Assembly: GCA_965238175.1 (NCBI GenBank)
Contig: CBDEGZ010000003.1
Coordinates: forward strand, 3,072,001 to 3,136,000
Direction: 5' to 3'
Source: Gammaproteobacteria bacterium
GTDB lineage: Bacteria; Pseudomonadota; Gammaproteobacteria; CAJXQU01
Length of the DNA stretch: 64,000 bases
Below the pieces are notes generated by a model that was given only the letters and a program-made list of their open reading frames with translations, searched no databases and was not told where the DNA came from. Shown piece after piece: positions 26,632 to 35,894 of the stretch. Every line of letters begins with the position of its first letter. The first letter of the stretch is position 1. A program made the translations under genes and the position numbers.

Positions 26632-27538
26632 TTTCTGTCAGCACTCTTGCAGTTAACCAAGTTGCATAGCTTTGCATTGGTCCGAAATACCAGTATGGAT
26701 CTAATTTTCTTTCGTAACTTAACCTCCAGGTTATCTTCGTTTTACCTTCGTCAAAGGGTTCCAGAAAAACCTCTGATGATTTCCAGGTTAGATAATTACT
26801 GATGTAACTATCATCATGTGGGATCTCAAAACGGATATAGTTAGCATTAGATTCAGCCACACGAAATACAGTTGAGCCTTTATGAATATTACTAAAAATC
26901 CATTTTTTGTATTCAAAATTTAAACGTCTCTCGTCTCCAACGTCCAGACCTTCGCCGATCATATTAATAGGTAATGGGAAAACCCGTAAGAAAAAAGGTC
27001 GAGGCTGTGAAGGTATTAATGACTGCGATAAATTATCGCGAATAGAGCCAATACCCACATTGGCTACTCTCGAATATTCGACTTGCCCAAATCGATCAAA
27101 GGTTAAGCTCTCATGAGTGCCTTCCAAGGCTGTCATTGCAATAACAATGGTTAATGCGGAAAGCTGAATTTTATTATTTTCATTACGTGATTTTTTAATA
27201 CGTATAATCGTTGAAGTAAAAAATGCCGCTAGACTATATAAAATGGGTGATGCCATTATTATGCAAATAAAACCTTCTCTCAGCAGTGGTACAGACAATA
27301 ACAATGCAATTGTGAGCCACTTCATCGTTACACCAACAGGTGTTTTCGCATTTGGGGTAAGACTCAATCCTAACGCTAACAAAAATGGCAGACCAACATA
27401 TAAGGCGGCAGAACTACCTAGACTATTGTATTTAAGTACGTAATAAAAAAGGAACAACAAACCAATAAGCAGGATTATGTAAAACAACCTCCATTGACTA
27501 ATTGTTATTTTACGTTTGTTATTTTCTTCGTTATTCAT
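26612..27538 (-). CDS. Membrane protein with C-terminal SRPBCC/polyketide-cyclase-like domain
   Basis: N-terminal TMs with EGFICIIMASP; C-terminal T.ITWRLSYERKLDPYWYFGP. Confidence 0.65.
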   Translation of the reverse strand: MNNEENNKRKITISQWRLFYIILLIGLLFLFYYVLKYNSLGSSAALYVGLPFLLALGLSLTPNAKTPVGVTMKWLTIALLLSVPLLREGFICIIMASPILYSLAAFFTSTIIRIKKSRNENNKIQLSALTIVIAMTALEGTHESLTFDRFGQVEYSRVANVGIGSIRDNLSQSLIPSQPRPFFLRVFPLPINMIGEGLDVGDERRLNFEYKKWIFSNIHKGSTVFRVAESNANYIRFEIPHDDSYISNYLTWKSSEVFLEPFDEGKTKITWRLSYERKLDPYWYFGPMQSYATWLTARVLTENAINRN

Positions 27539-27966
27539 TATTTCTTCACCATTTTAAGGTTATCAATTTTAGGAATATTCAATATCCACAAGGCAATATT
27601 CCGATAATCTCGTAAAAGCGGATAAAAAATATAAGAGAGAGCTTTTGATTTGAATAAGTAATAATTGATTCGATTGAACAGATCTGATCGGGAACTTAAA
27701 ACGGATAAAATATTAATTGCATCAGCACCGTAGTATATTTTTTCAGCAAATTTCACAACCATGCCACGTTCAATATCCAACCTCAACGCCGTTACTTCAT
27801 CCAAAATTGCAGAAGGATTCCGCACATCGATGAGTATAACTTCACCTACGTTTTTTTGGATTCGCACCATCTTAGAATACTGCTTACAAAATGGGCACTC
27901 CCCATCATAAACAACATAAAGTTTACTTCCTTGATCCATATTCACTTGTTCACCTCTGACAGGCAT
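27538..27966 (-). CDS. DCC1-like thiol-disulfide oxidoreductase (DUF393)
   Basis: VVYDGECPFC (DxxCxxC) motif and YYGADA; true start may be the second Met. Confidence 0.85.
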   Translation of the reverse strand: MPVRGEQVNMDQGSKLYVVYDGECPFCKQYSKMVRIQKNVGEVILIDVRNPSAILDEVTALRLDIERGMVVKFAEKIYYGADAINILSVLSSRSDLFNRINYYLFKSKALSYIFYPLLRDYRNIALWILNIPKIDNLKMVKK

Positions 27967-27971
27967 GATAA

Positions 27972-28039
27972 ATTTAGTTAATAAGCTAATTAACTTAGTT
28001 TACTTAATATTTAGATAATTAGTCAATAGGCTAAATAAC
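27972..28039. promoter_or_regulatory. Two copies of a putative ArsR operator in the divergent intergenic region
   Basis: ATTTAGTTAATAAGCTAATTAAC (27972-27994) and AATTAGTCAATAGGCTAAATAAC (28017-28039), 19/23 identical, each a TTAG-N7-CTAA dyad. Confidence 0.55.
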
Positions 28040-28053
28040 AACATGGGCAAATC

Positions 28054-28356
28054 ATGGAAAAAGTATTTCAAGCTTTATCTTCTACTGTTCGCAGAAAGAT
28101 ATTAGCTTATCTTTCTGCGACAAGTTTGACTGCAGGGCAGATTTCTGAACGCTTTGAGATAAGCAAACCATCCTTATCAAAGCACCTAAGTATTCTAGAA
28201 AATGCAGGTCTTGTCACTGGAGAAAAGAAAGGTCAGTTTGTTCACTATAGCCTTGTGGAAGATAACCTGATTAATACTTTAAATGGCTTTGTACAGGAAG
28301 TTTGTCCCGTAGCAAAACCACTCAAAAAAGAAAGTAAAGCAAAAGCCAGGAAATAA
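28054..28356 (+). CDS. ArsR/SmtB-family (SdpR-like) transcriptional regulator
   Basis: VFQALS..VRRKIL.YL....LTAGQI...F.ISKPSLSKHLSILENAGLV..EKKGQFVHYSL wHTH. Confidence 0.92.
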   Translation: MEKVFQALSSTVRRKILAYLSATSLTAGQISERFEISKPSLSKHLSILENAGLVTGEKKGQFVHYSLVEDNLINTLNGFVQEVCPVAKPLKKESKAKARK

Positions 28357-28502
28357 AATCCTTAGTACATTATTTTTTATTAAATATCTGTTACTGATTC
28401 CCTTACTTCTTATTCAATCAAACAACATTTGCTCAAAGTCCATTTTCTCTGTAAAAATACAAGCTAGAAACCTAAATCCTCAAGCAATGAGAATAATAAA
28501 AA

Positions 28503-29366
28503 ATGCACTCAAATATTTTTGGTAGGAATCAATATAGACAAAACTTAGGCCGTCGTCGTGGCGGTCTGGCTCTAAGATTATGGCCAATCCTTATCTTTGC
28601 TTTGTATCTCGCTTACTACTGGTTTTCGAACCAGGAGAAAGTACCGATGACGGATCGTAATCAATTAGTAGATTTAACCCGTGAAGAAGAAGCTGCATTG
28701 GGTTATCAATCTTATCAACAAGTTTTGAGTCAGGAAAATGTGATCCGTAATGGTGAACTAGTCGATCAAATCCGTGAAATTGGAGCACGTTTAGCGACCG
28801 CAGCAGCCGATGTAGACCCAGGATTTGAATGGGAATTCAATTTGATAGATTCACCTCAAGCAAATGCCTTTGCGCTACCGGGAGGTAAAGTCGCAGTCTA
28901 TACCGGTATTTTGGAGGTAACAGCCAATGTCGATGGCTTGAGTGCGGTCATGGGCCATGAAATTGCACATGCTATTGCGCGACATGGTGCTGAGCGAATG
29001 GCTTATCAGAAATTGATCCAGTGGGGCACGATGGCAATTTCGATTGCCGTTGGCGATATGGGTTATAACACCCAGAGAATGGTTCAAGGTGCGCTAGGAA
29101 TGGGATCAAAATATGGTGTTTTATTGCCTTTCTCACGTAGCCATGAATCAGAAGCCGATTACATGGGATTAATTTTCACTGCACGGGCATGTTATGACCC
29201 AAGAGAAGCACCGAAGTTATGGGAGCGGATGTCAGAGAAAAGTAAAGGACAACCACAGGAATTTACCTCGACTCATCCAAGTCACGAAACACGAATTAAA
29301 AAATTAAATGAGTGGATGCCTGAAGCATTAGAAGTTTACGAAAAAAATTGCAGTGGTGATTTTTGA
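28503..29366 (+). CDS. M48-family (Oma1/LoiP-like) zinc metallopeptidase
   Basis: NAFALPGGK, HEIAH, FSRSHESEAD, STHP motifs. Confidence 0.92.
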   Translation: MHSNIFGRNQYRQNLGRRRGGLALRLWPILIFALYLAYYWFSNQEKVPMTDRNQLVDLTREEEAALGYQSYQQVLSQENVIRNGELVDQIREIGARLATAAADVDPGFEWEFNLIDSPQANAFALPGGKVAVYTGILEVTANVDGLSAVMGHEIAHAIARHGAERMAYQKLIQWGTMAISIAVGDMGYNTQRMVQGALGMGSKYGVLLPFSRSHESEADYMGLIFTARACYDPREAPKLWERMSEKSKGQPQEFTSTHPSHETRIKKLNEWMPEALEVYEKNCSGDF

Positions 29367-29545
29367 ATAATTATTTTTAGATCAATAATTTATACTATTT
29401 CAAATAAAAACTAACAATCAGGAAATTAGAATAGGTTAAGACTTAAGTCGGTAAAAAAGTAGCAAGCTCTAAGCGTCTGATCATTACTGTAGGAAAAATA
29501 GGGATGATAGCAAATAAAGCAGCGTATTTTTCAATAAACACGACT

Positions 29546-29815
29546 TTAGATGCCATCTTGCCTGAGGTTAAAAAGATTAAGCGTTTTTTTACGCTTAAAC
29601 CCAACAACCAGCCCTAATAATGCAGATCCACCATCCAGGCGGCCATCGGCGGAGATGCCAGAACTTCGCTAATAGTTTGCCAGTCGATTAAATCCTCCAA
29701 CCCTGTAAAGAAGGTGAAGGTAAACGCTGAAATATTTTGGGCGACACACCCAACGTTATAGTGACGATTAAGCTGGCTGTTAAAAAAAGGGTTGTAGTAT
29801 TGAGGTGTTTTTCAT
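29546..29815 (-). pseudogene. Decayed VPLPA-CTERM/PEP-CTERM protein gene
   Basis: Across frameshifts: signal-peptide-like MK.HLNTTTLFLTASLIVTITLG, then FTFFTGLEDLIDWQT, then SPPMAAWM/GSALLGLVVGFKRKK (exosortase-type sorting signal). Confidence 0.7.
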
Positions 29816-29880
29816 GAGTGGTTTCTTTATTTTTGTTACATTCATTATTGGCAACCCGTTCCTTGGATTGTAGCTATGTC

Positions 29881-31449
29881 TTAACCTGACTTAAAATAAT
29901 TTTCCAGAAATTGATCAAACGGTAATTGATCCATTGCTTCAAGAGCATGTTGTTCATTGAGTGATAGTTCGACCATTTCTTCCATTTGACCAAACTGCTT
30001 ATCATCAACCGTTAAGTTAAAAAAGTAATCTCGATGCTGTTCTGATTTCTTCATCGCAAAATCAAAAAATGATTGATTATTTTCATGCATTTCAGCAATA
30101 ACTCTTGCAGATGGGAGCAGATCATTATTACTGACTTTTTTAATCTGAGCTTGTAAGGCTTCCGAATAATTTTTTGTTTCTGGATCAGCATCTAACATTT
30201 CACACACGCCGTGCATATTGTCGAGAATTTCTGTTATCCAATCTGTCAGTAAAATTGGTTTGCCATCCCTTGAAAGTATTAGATCTGGATTACGACCCGA
30301 ACATGCAGCTGTTGACTGGTTACGTTCAAATTCATGTCTCTCCTGATCATCCATCGGCGGACTGTCTTGCAATAAACAAAAAATTAATAAGGCTTCCATG
30401 AAGTGTAGCTGTTGTTCGTTCAGGCCAATCGGATCAAAAGGGTTTACATCCAATGCGCGGATTTCAACATATTTTATACCGCGAGTATCTAGTGCATGTG
30501 ACGGTGTCTCTCCTGACTCTGCGATCTGTTTTGGCCGTACAAAACTATAATATTCGTTCTCAATTTGCAGGATATTGGTATTGAGTTGACGATATTCCCC
30601 ATCGACTAAAACACCTATCTTTTCATAGTCCATACTTGGTGTTTTCACCGCCGCTCTAAGACTAGCAACGTATTCATCCAAAGAATTGTAGCTAATGACT
30701 ATGCCGTCTTGATTACTATTTTTGTAACCAATATCACTCATACGCAAGGAGGTTGCATGAGGCTCTGCACAGGATGAACAATCAAAGTCATCGAATTCAA
30801 CTAATCTTAATTTGGTAAAAGACGGACATACTGCAGGTGATGCACCAAATAGGTAAGAAACTATCCAGCCTATGCGTTGAAAATTTCTGATCATGCTCAT
30901 ATAAGATTCAGAAATAAAGCTCTGAGGATCAGACTGATCATTTTCTAGCGATTGGTATGCAGGCCAGAATTTTTCAGGTATCGAATAATTAAAATGGACG
31001 CCGGAAATTGCTTGCATCGCTCGACCATAGCGATGCGCAAGCCCATGTCGATAAATATGCTTCATCCGCCCCACATTTGAATTACCGTAGTCGGCGATAG
31101 GAATACTCTCATCATTTTCGAGCAAACATGGCATGCTGGTAGGCCACATCATTTCATCACCGAGCTGCGCATAAATAAAATGATGCAAATCGTTAAGAAA
31201 ACTAAGTGTGTCTTTAATATCCGCAAAAGGTGGTGTGATCAATTCCAGCAATGCTTCAGAATAATCCGTTGTAATATATGGATGAGTGAGCGTTGAGCCC
31301 AAAGTCACTGGATGTGGAGTTTGTGCAATATGACCAGCCGGCACGACTCGGAGACTCTCTTTTTCAATCCCCTTAAGTCCACCCTGTAGCAAAAAGCGAT
31401 ATTTTGGTTCGTCGAGCACTTTAAGACGTTCTTCTAATTTTTTGTACAA
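29881..31449 (-). CDS. gshA: Glutamate--cysteine ligase
   Basis: GIEKESLRV, ITTDYSEALLELITP, QAISGVHFNYS, ATSLRMSDIGY, LQIENEYY, YVEIRALDVNPF. Confidence 0.97.
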   Translation of the reverse strand: MYKKLEERLKVLDEPKYRFLLQGGLKGIEKESLRVVPAGHIAQTPHPVTLGSTLTHPYITTDYSEALLELITPPFADIKDTLSFLNDLHHFIYAQLGDEMMWPTSMPCLLENDESIPIADYGNSNVGRMKHIYRHGLAHRYGRAMQAISGVHFNYSIPEKFWPAYQSLENDQSDPQSFISESYMSMIRNFQRIGWIVSYLFGASPAVCPSFTKLRLVEFDDFDCSSCAEPHATSLRMSDIGYKNSNQDGIVISYNSLDEYVASLRAAVKTPSMDYEKIGVLVDGEYRQLNTNILQIENEYYSFVRPKQIAESGETPSHALDTRGIKYVEIRALDVNPFDPIGLNEQQLHFMEALLIFCLLQDSPPMDDQERHEFERNQSTAACSGRNPDLILSRDGKPILLTDWITEILDNMHGVCEMLDADPETKNYSEALQAQIKKVSNNDLLPSARVIAEMHENNQSFFDFAMKKSEQHRDYFFNLTVDDKQFGQMEEMVELSLNEQHALEAMDQLPFDQFLENYFKSG

Positions 31450-31578
31450 AAAAAATCCTGCACTTTCTTTTAAGAAAATTCGAATCCATAAAATACATTA
31501 AAATCAGCTTTTTTGATATGAGAAAATTACGAGATCGGTTTTATTACTAACACCCGATCAGAGCTAGGAACAACTATG

Positions 31579-33651
31579 TTAGGAATTCCCAGGACGATTC
31601 TGGTGGCCATTAAAAGCATCTTCAAGGACTTTATTTGTGATCTTTTTAACTCTTTCTAAACTGGCCTGTTGTTCTTCAGTAAGGTTTCCATGCTCAATTG
31701 TTGTGTTATCATCAGAGGTGAGCCAATCTGCCAATTCAAGTGGTGTGCCAGGATCATCATTATGTTTTTTTAGTTGCTCTAAAATTTCATTATTATGGGC
31801 TTCTTGAGATTTCGCCAATAAAGCTGCATCTTCAGCAGTTGTATTTGAATCATCAGCTTGATTGGATTGACGTTCTTTAGCTTCACTTATGGTTTTTTCA
31901 ACTTGCTTGTCATTTACATTACCAATCGATTCGATATCCATTAGTAGTGGTACTTCATTAACCACATTTGAATCATCATTAACTTTTTCAACTTGTTGCG
32001 TCAAACGTTGCTTTTTGAGTTCTACCAATTGTTGATTGACTTTTTGCAAAACCGCAAGTACCTGATCTTTCTCAATCTTTGCTTGTCGAGCTTTATCTAA
32101 AACTTGTGTTACCTGCGATTGAATTTTACTTCTGACATTTTGAATATTTTTTTCATTACGCAACCGATATTGTTCGTGTGCATCTTTAAATTTTTCTATG
32201 ATCTGCTTGGTTTCAATAGTTGCTAGTTGTTTAACTTTTTGTATTTCTATGCTTCTGGATCGCTGCTTTTCTATACCCACTGAAAACCTGTCCAATTGCT
32301 CACTCATTTTTTCACGTTCTGTCGCCAACTGCTGCTCAAAACTATTACGCCTCGTAAGCTCATAAGATTTATGTTTTTCTAATCGTGTCTTAATCAATTC
32401 TAGCTCTTTCGAGACATGTTTCAAGGTCAACTCTTTTTGTTCAGTACCCTGCTCACTTTCAATCTGCTTTTGTTCTTCCTGAATGTAGCTCTGCGCATTC
32501 TCTAACTGTGCTCGTAGTCGACCAAGTTCACTTGCTTGATCATGACTATCTATTGTTGCTTCATGAGCTTCTTCATATTTTTGCAGGTTATCTTCCAACG
32601 ATCCATTTGCTGGGATACTTTCTATCTGATCAATTTTTTTGCGTGCTTCTACCAGAATGCCTAAATCTTCGATCGGTTTAGGATCTTCCGATTCTTGAAG
32701 TTCAGTTTCACCTTTATCATTTTGCTTTTTATCAAGCCCTTCTTGAGCAATAAGATGAACTTCCGTACTTAACATCAACTTCAACTCACCCATCCGTTGA
32801 TCGATCGAGGTCATTCGTCTTTCCAGAAGTGTACCTGCAAGACTATTCTTTGCCTCAAGCTCTTTCTCTTCTTGCTCGGATACTAATAAAGAAAATTCAA
32901 TCAATTCATCATAATCTTTGCGAGCCAGTTTCAGTAAGTGACCGGTAGTCAACATTGTTACAGTCGCTGTTCGTTTTTGATCCTCTAACAGTGCTTCGTC
33001 ACCAAAAAACTCTCCCACACCCAGCTCGGCCAATGTTTCAGTTTCACCAGAATTAAAATCACGTTTAGTAACTGCACAGCGGCCTTCACCAATAAAATAA
33101 AAATAATTACCCGGCATATTTTGAGTAATTATTTGATCTCCTTTTTTGACTTTCATGTTTTCAAATCGTGCCGCGAAACCTTCTGTAAGGGAAGGTGAAA
33201 TTCGTGAAAAAATATCCAACGAAAAAAGTGGCCTCAGCCAATTTAGACTTTCTTCAGCAAGCTCTCTTTCTGTACTTATGCCTGTTTCCGATTCAGTTTC
33301 ATCAACATAATTGTTCAGTGCTTCGACATATGATTTGTTGACAGTTAAGAGAACCACACGTGTTTTTGCCTTTGCGGACAGAAATACATCTTGATTTAAA
33401 GGATCTTTCGCTTTTTCAGTACCAGCCAGAATTGTTTCACTAAACTCGAATTTTTTGTATATATCAGCATCACCTTCTAACAAATAGAAGAGTCTTTCTT
33501 GCTCTTGCTGAAATAGTTCGCTTCCTGTGGGAAGCATGGTGATTTCTGAACGACTGATCAATTTCCCCTGAAGTTCAGACGACAGACGCACTACCGGGTT
33601 TAGTCGGCATATTTGTTCATGGTACTTTTCTTCAGGTTTTTCTTGTCTCAT
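31579..33651 (-). CDS. Tandem cyclic-nucleotide-binding domain protein with long C-terminal coiled coil
   Basis: Second cNMP domain has GEFFGDEALL....RTATV; first is degenerate; ~400-aa E/Q/K-rich heptad region. Confidence 0.8.
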   Translation of the reverse strand: MRQEKPEEKYHEQICRLNPVVRLSSELQGKLISRSEITMLPTGSELFQQEQERLFYLLEGDADIYKKFEFSETILAGTEKAKDPLNQDVFLSAKAKTRVVLLTVNKSYVEALNNYVDETESETGISTERELAEESLNWLRPLFSLDIFSRISPSLTEGFAARFENMKVKKGDQIITQNMPGNYFYFIGEGRCAVTKRDFNSGETETLAELGVGEFFGDEALLEDQKRTATVTMLTTGHLLKLARKDYDELIEFSLLVSEQEEKELEAKNSLAGTLLERRMTSIDQRMGELKLMLSTEVHLIAQEGLDKKQNDKGETELQESEDPKPIEDLGILVEARKKIDQIESIPANGSLEDNLQKYEEAHEATIDSHDQASELGRLRAQLENAQSYIQEEQKQIESEQGTEQKELTLKHVSKELELIKTRLEKHKSYELTRRNSFEQQLATEREKMSEQLDRFSVGIEKQRSRSIEIQKVKQLATIETKQIIEKFKDAHEQYRLRNEKNIQNVRSKIQSQVTQVLDKARQAKIEKDQVLAVLQKVNQQLVELKKQRLTQQVEKVNDDSNVVNEVPLLMDIESIGNVNDKQVEKTISEAKERQSNQADDSNTTAEDAALLAKSQEAHNNEILEQLKKHNDDPGTPLELADWLTSDDNTTIEHGNLTEEQQASLERVKKITNKVLEDAFNGHQNRPGNS

Positions 33652-33668
33652 TAGTTGTTATTACAATT

Positions 33669-33881
33669 TCAGGCATCCATATCTGGTATTAGCTGGCTTC
33701 TCAACTGCGCTATTTGATCCTTTAATGCCAGTTTACGTTTCTTCAATCGTTTCAATTTTAGTAAATCAGTCCCTAAATCCTTAGAAAATTCTTTTATTGA
33801 GATATCTAAGTTACGATGCTCATGTTCTAACTCGACCAGTTGTGTTTTGACCAAAGATAATTTTTTCTTTTCCAAAGTCAT
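33669..33881 (-). CDS. YdcH/DUF465-family small coiled-coil protein
   Basis: LE.EHRNLD..I......D.L.LKRLKKRKLALKDQI...LIPD. Confidence 0.88.
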   Translation of the reverse strand: MTLEKKKLSLVKTQLVELEHEHRNLDISIKEFSKDLGTDLLKLKRLKKRKLALKDQIAQLRSQLIPDMDA

Positions 33882-34122
33882 TCTCTCTTATTGAAATTAG
33901 TCAAACAGACCAACTTCCAACTAAATTTTAGCGCCAAAATATTAGAATCGCTCGTATTCTCCATTCTAGCAAGTATTTAGTTGCATTTTTTAGTTAAAAC
34001 CTATGCAATATTTATGACAATCTACAAAACTCGTAAATTATAACTATCCGATTTAACTAGCAGTTTACCTTCATCATGTGAATTTCTGCAATTATTGCTT
34101 AACCAACACTCTAATTATCTCG

Positions 34123-35157
34123 TTATTTCTTACCAATTGTTCTAGAGATCACAAACAAACCAGATAACAACATCCATAAAGCGGCAGGTATCGGAACCGG
34201 TGAAGCTGCACTCGCAAATTGTAAGTTTCTGATCCCAATGTCATCAGAACGAGAATCCTCATTAAATTCGAGCAGTAAAAAAGGCGTATCCGAGACAATA
34301 CCTATGAATCGTACATCATCATAGTTATCACTGTACAATCCTTCGTTTGCTTCTGTTGTCGGATCGTTATAATAACCAGGGATCACCGGTAGACCCCCAG
34401 TCTCTTCTTTGATTTTAAAGGTTTGGTTGTTAGCATCCGTAATCGTGATAGATTCGCGACCATAGGAATAAAGCCCGCCATCTGAACTTTGGCCATTTAT
34501 CGTCACATCAACATATTTTTTATTGTTGACGAGTTCAAATGCAAAAGCATAAAGCTCAGGACCACTGGTAATCTCAATCTTAAAATCGTCGTTGTCCCAC
34601 TTAAAGGGATCACCATCCGCAACTTCATCAGTATCAAAGCCACCAAACTTCCCAATTGAAAGCACATTTGTAAAAGCATTTATCTGTTCAAAATTACGCT
34701 TATTAATTCTATCATTGTAAATAATATGTGCCTCAGCGGTATCACCACTCATATATTTCGTGCCATGTTCATTAGTCACTTTATCCGTTTCAAGCGCACT
34801 GATCTGAAAGCTCCATTGAAAGTTCGTATCGGCTTTATTAAAACTTGCCACTCTTCCCAGATCGATATTATTACCGGCAGAATTCCAATCTATTCGCGCC
34901 GATTCAAAATCTGGATGTGATGGATCTGGTAGTGAAGCAATCCCTCCATTCACTGTTGACGAAATATTGGTATGGCTTATTTCGAATGTCGAATGATCAA
35001 GATGTCGCGAAAAGGTTGTTGTCATATCCGCTTGCCATTCTGTGAAACTAGTCGAGAAAAGTATTGCCGCATGAGCGGACATTACCGAAAATTGGAATGT
35101 GATAAACCCAATACAAACTAATATTAATTTTTTGATTAATTTCCTTATTGTTTTCAT
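34123..35157 (-). CDS. Secreted VPLPA-CTERM/PEP-CTERM sorting-domain protein
   Basis: Signal peptide ending AHA; C-terminal SPVPIPAALWMLLSGLFVISRTIGKK. Confidence 0.85.
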   Translation of the reverse strand: MKTIRKLIKKLILVCIGFITFQFSVMSAHAAILFSTSFTEWQADMTTTFSRHLDHSTFEISHTNISSTVNGGIASLPDPSHPDFESARIDWNSAGNNIDLGRVASFNKADTNFQWSFQISALETDKVTNEHGTKYMSGDTAEAHIIYNDRINKRNFEQINAFTNVLSIGKFGGFDTDEVADGDPFKWDNDDFKIEITSGPELYAFAFELVNNKKYVDVTINGQSSDGGLYSYGRESITITDANNQTFKIKEETGGLPVIPGYYNDPTTEANEGLYSDNYDDVRFIGIVSDTPFLLLEFNEDSRSDDIGIRNLQFASAASPVPIPAALWMLLSGLFVISRTIGKK

Positions 35158-35317
35158 GATCCCTTCCCGAGAGCATTTTTTTCAATCGTTAGAACAATTC
35201 TCCGTTAAAAACACCTCACAAGTCAAATACGCACAACTACTCTGTACAAACCTATCTAATTGATTTATATGACTTTATAAAATTCGCTATTTAAAACAAC
35301 TGTTTCATCTAAATAAT

Positions 35318-35878
35318 TTAGCGGATTTTTTCCCCTGTGACAGCATCTCGAATACTTGTTGGGTTTGTTTTTTTGGATAAGTTCTCGTGCAAAATATAAT
35401 TTAAGTGATCATCAAACATCATTTGAACTTTCCAGCCAGATTCTGCAGGTGGTTTACCGGCAACATTTGCACTGGTAGATACAACGGGCCCTGCTAACTG
35501 ACATAGAGCTTGACATAAAGGGTGTGATGACACCCGGACTGCAAGTCCATTATGCTTCCCTCGTAACCACTTAGGACATTGCTTTGATGCTGGAAGTATC
35601 CAGGTAAACGGGCCTGGCCAGGTCGATGTAACTTTAATTTTGATCTGTTGATTCGGAAAAGTGATCAATTGATAAAGTTGAGTTATATCGGCGGCAATAA
35701 CGATCAAACCTTTGTGAACTGGCCTTTTCTTGATCGTTAAAATTTTCAAAACCGCTTTTTCATTCCAAGGATCGCAACCTAGGCCATAGACAGTCTCTGT
35801 TGGGTAGCCGATAACACCACCTATTTCGATCTCTTGGGAAGCACGTTTTAGATGCCAGCTAGAGTAATGTTTAGCCAA
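35318..35878 (-). CDS. tsaC: Threonylcarbamoyl-AMP synthase
   Basis: YPTETVYGLGCDP, KKRP..KGLI, WPGPFT, STSAN. Confidence 0.95.
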   Translation of the reverse strand: MAKHYSSWHLKRASQEIEIGGVIGYPTETVYGLGCDPWNEKAVLKILTIKKRPVHKGLIVIAADITQLYQLITFPNQQIKIKVTSTWPGPFTWILPASKQCPKWLRGKHNGLAVRVSSHPLCQALCQLAGPVVSTSANVAGKPPAESGWKVQMMFDDHLNYILHENLSKKTNPTSIRDAVTGEKIR

Positions 35879-35894
35879 AGCACATCTCTTAAAC

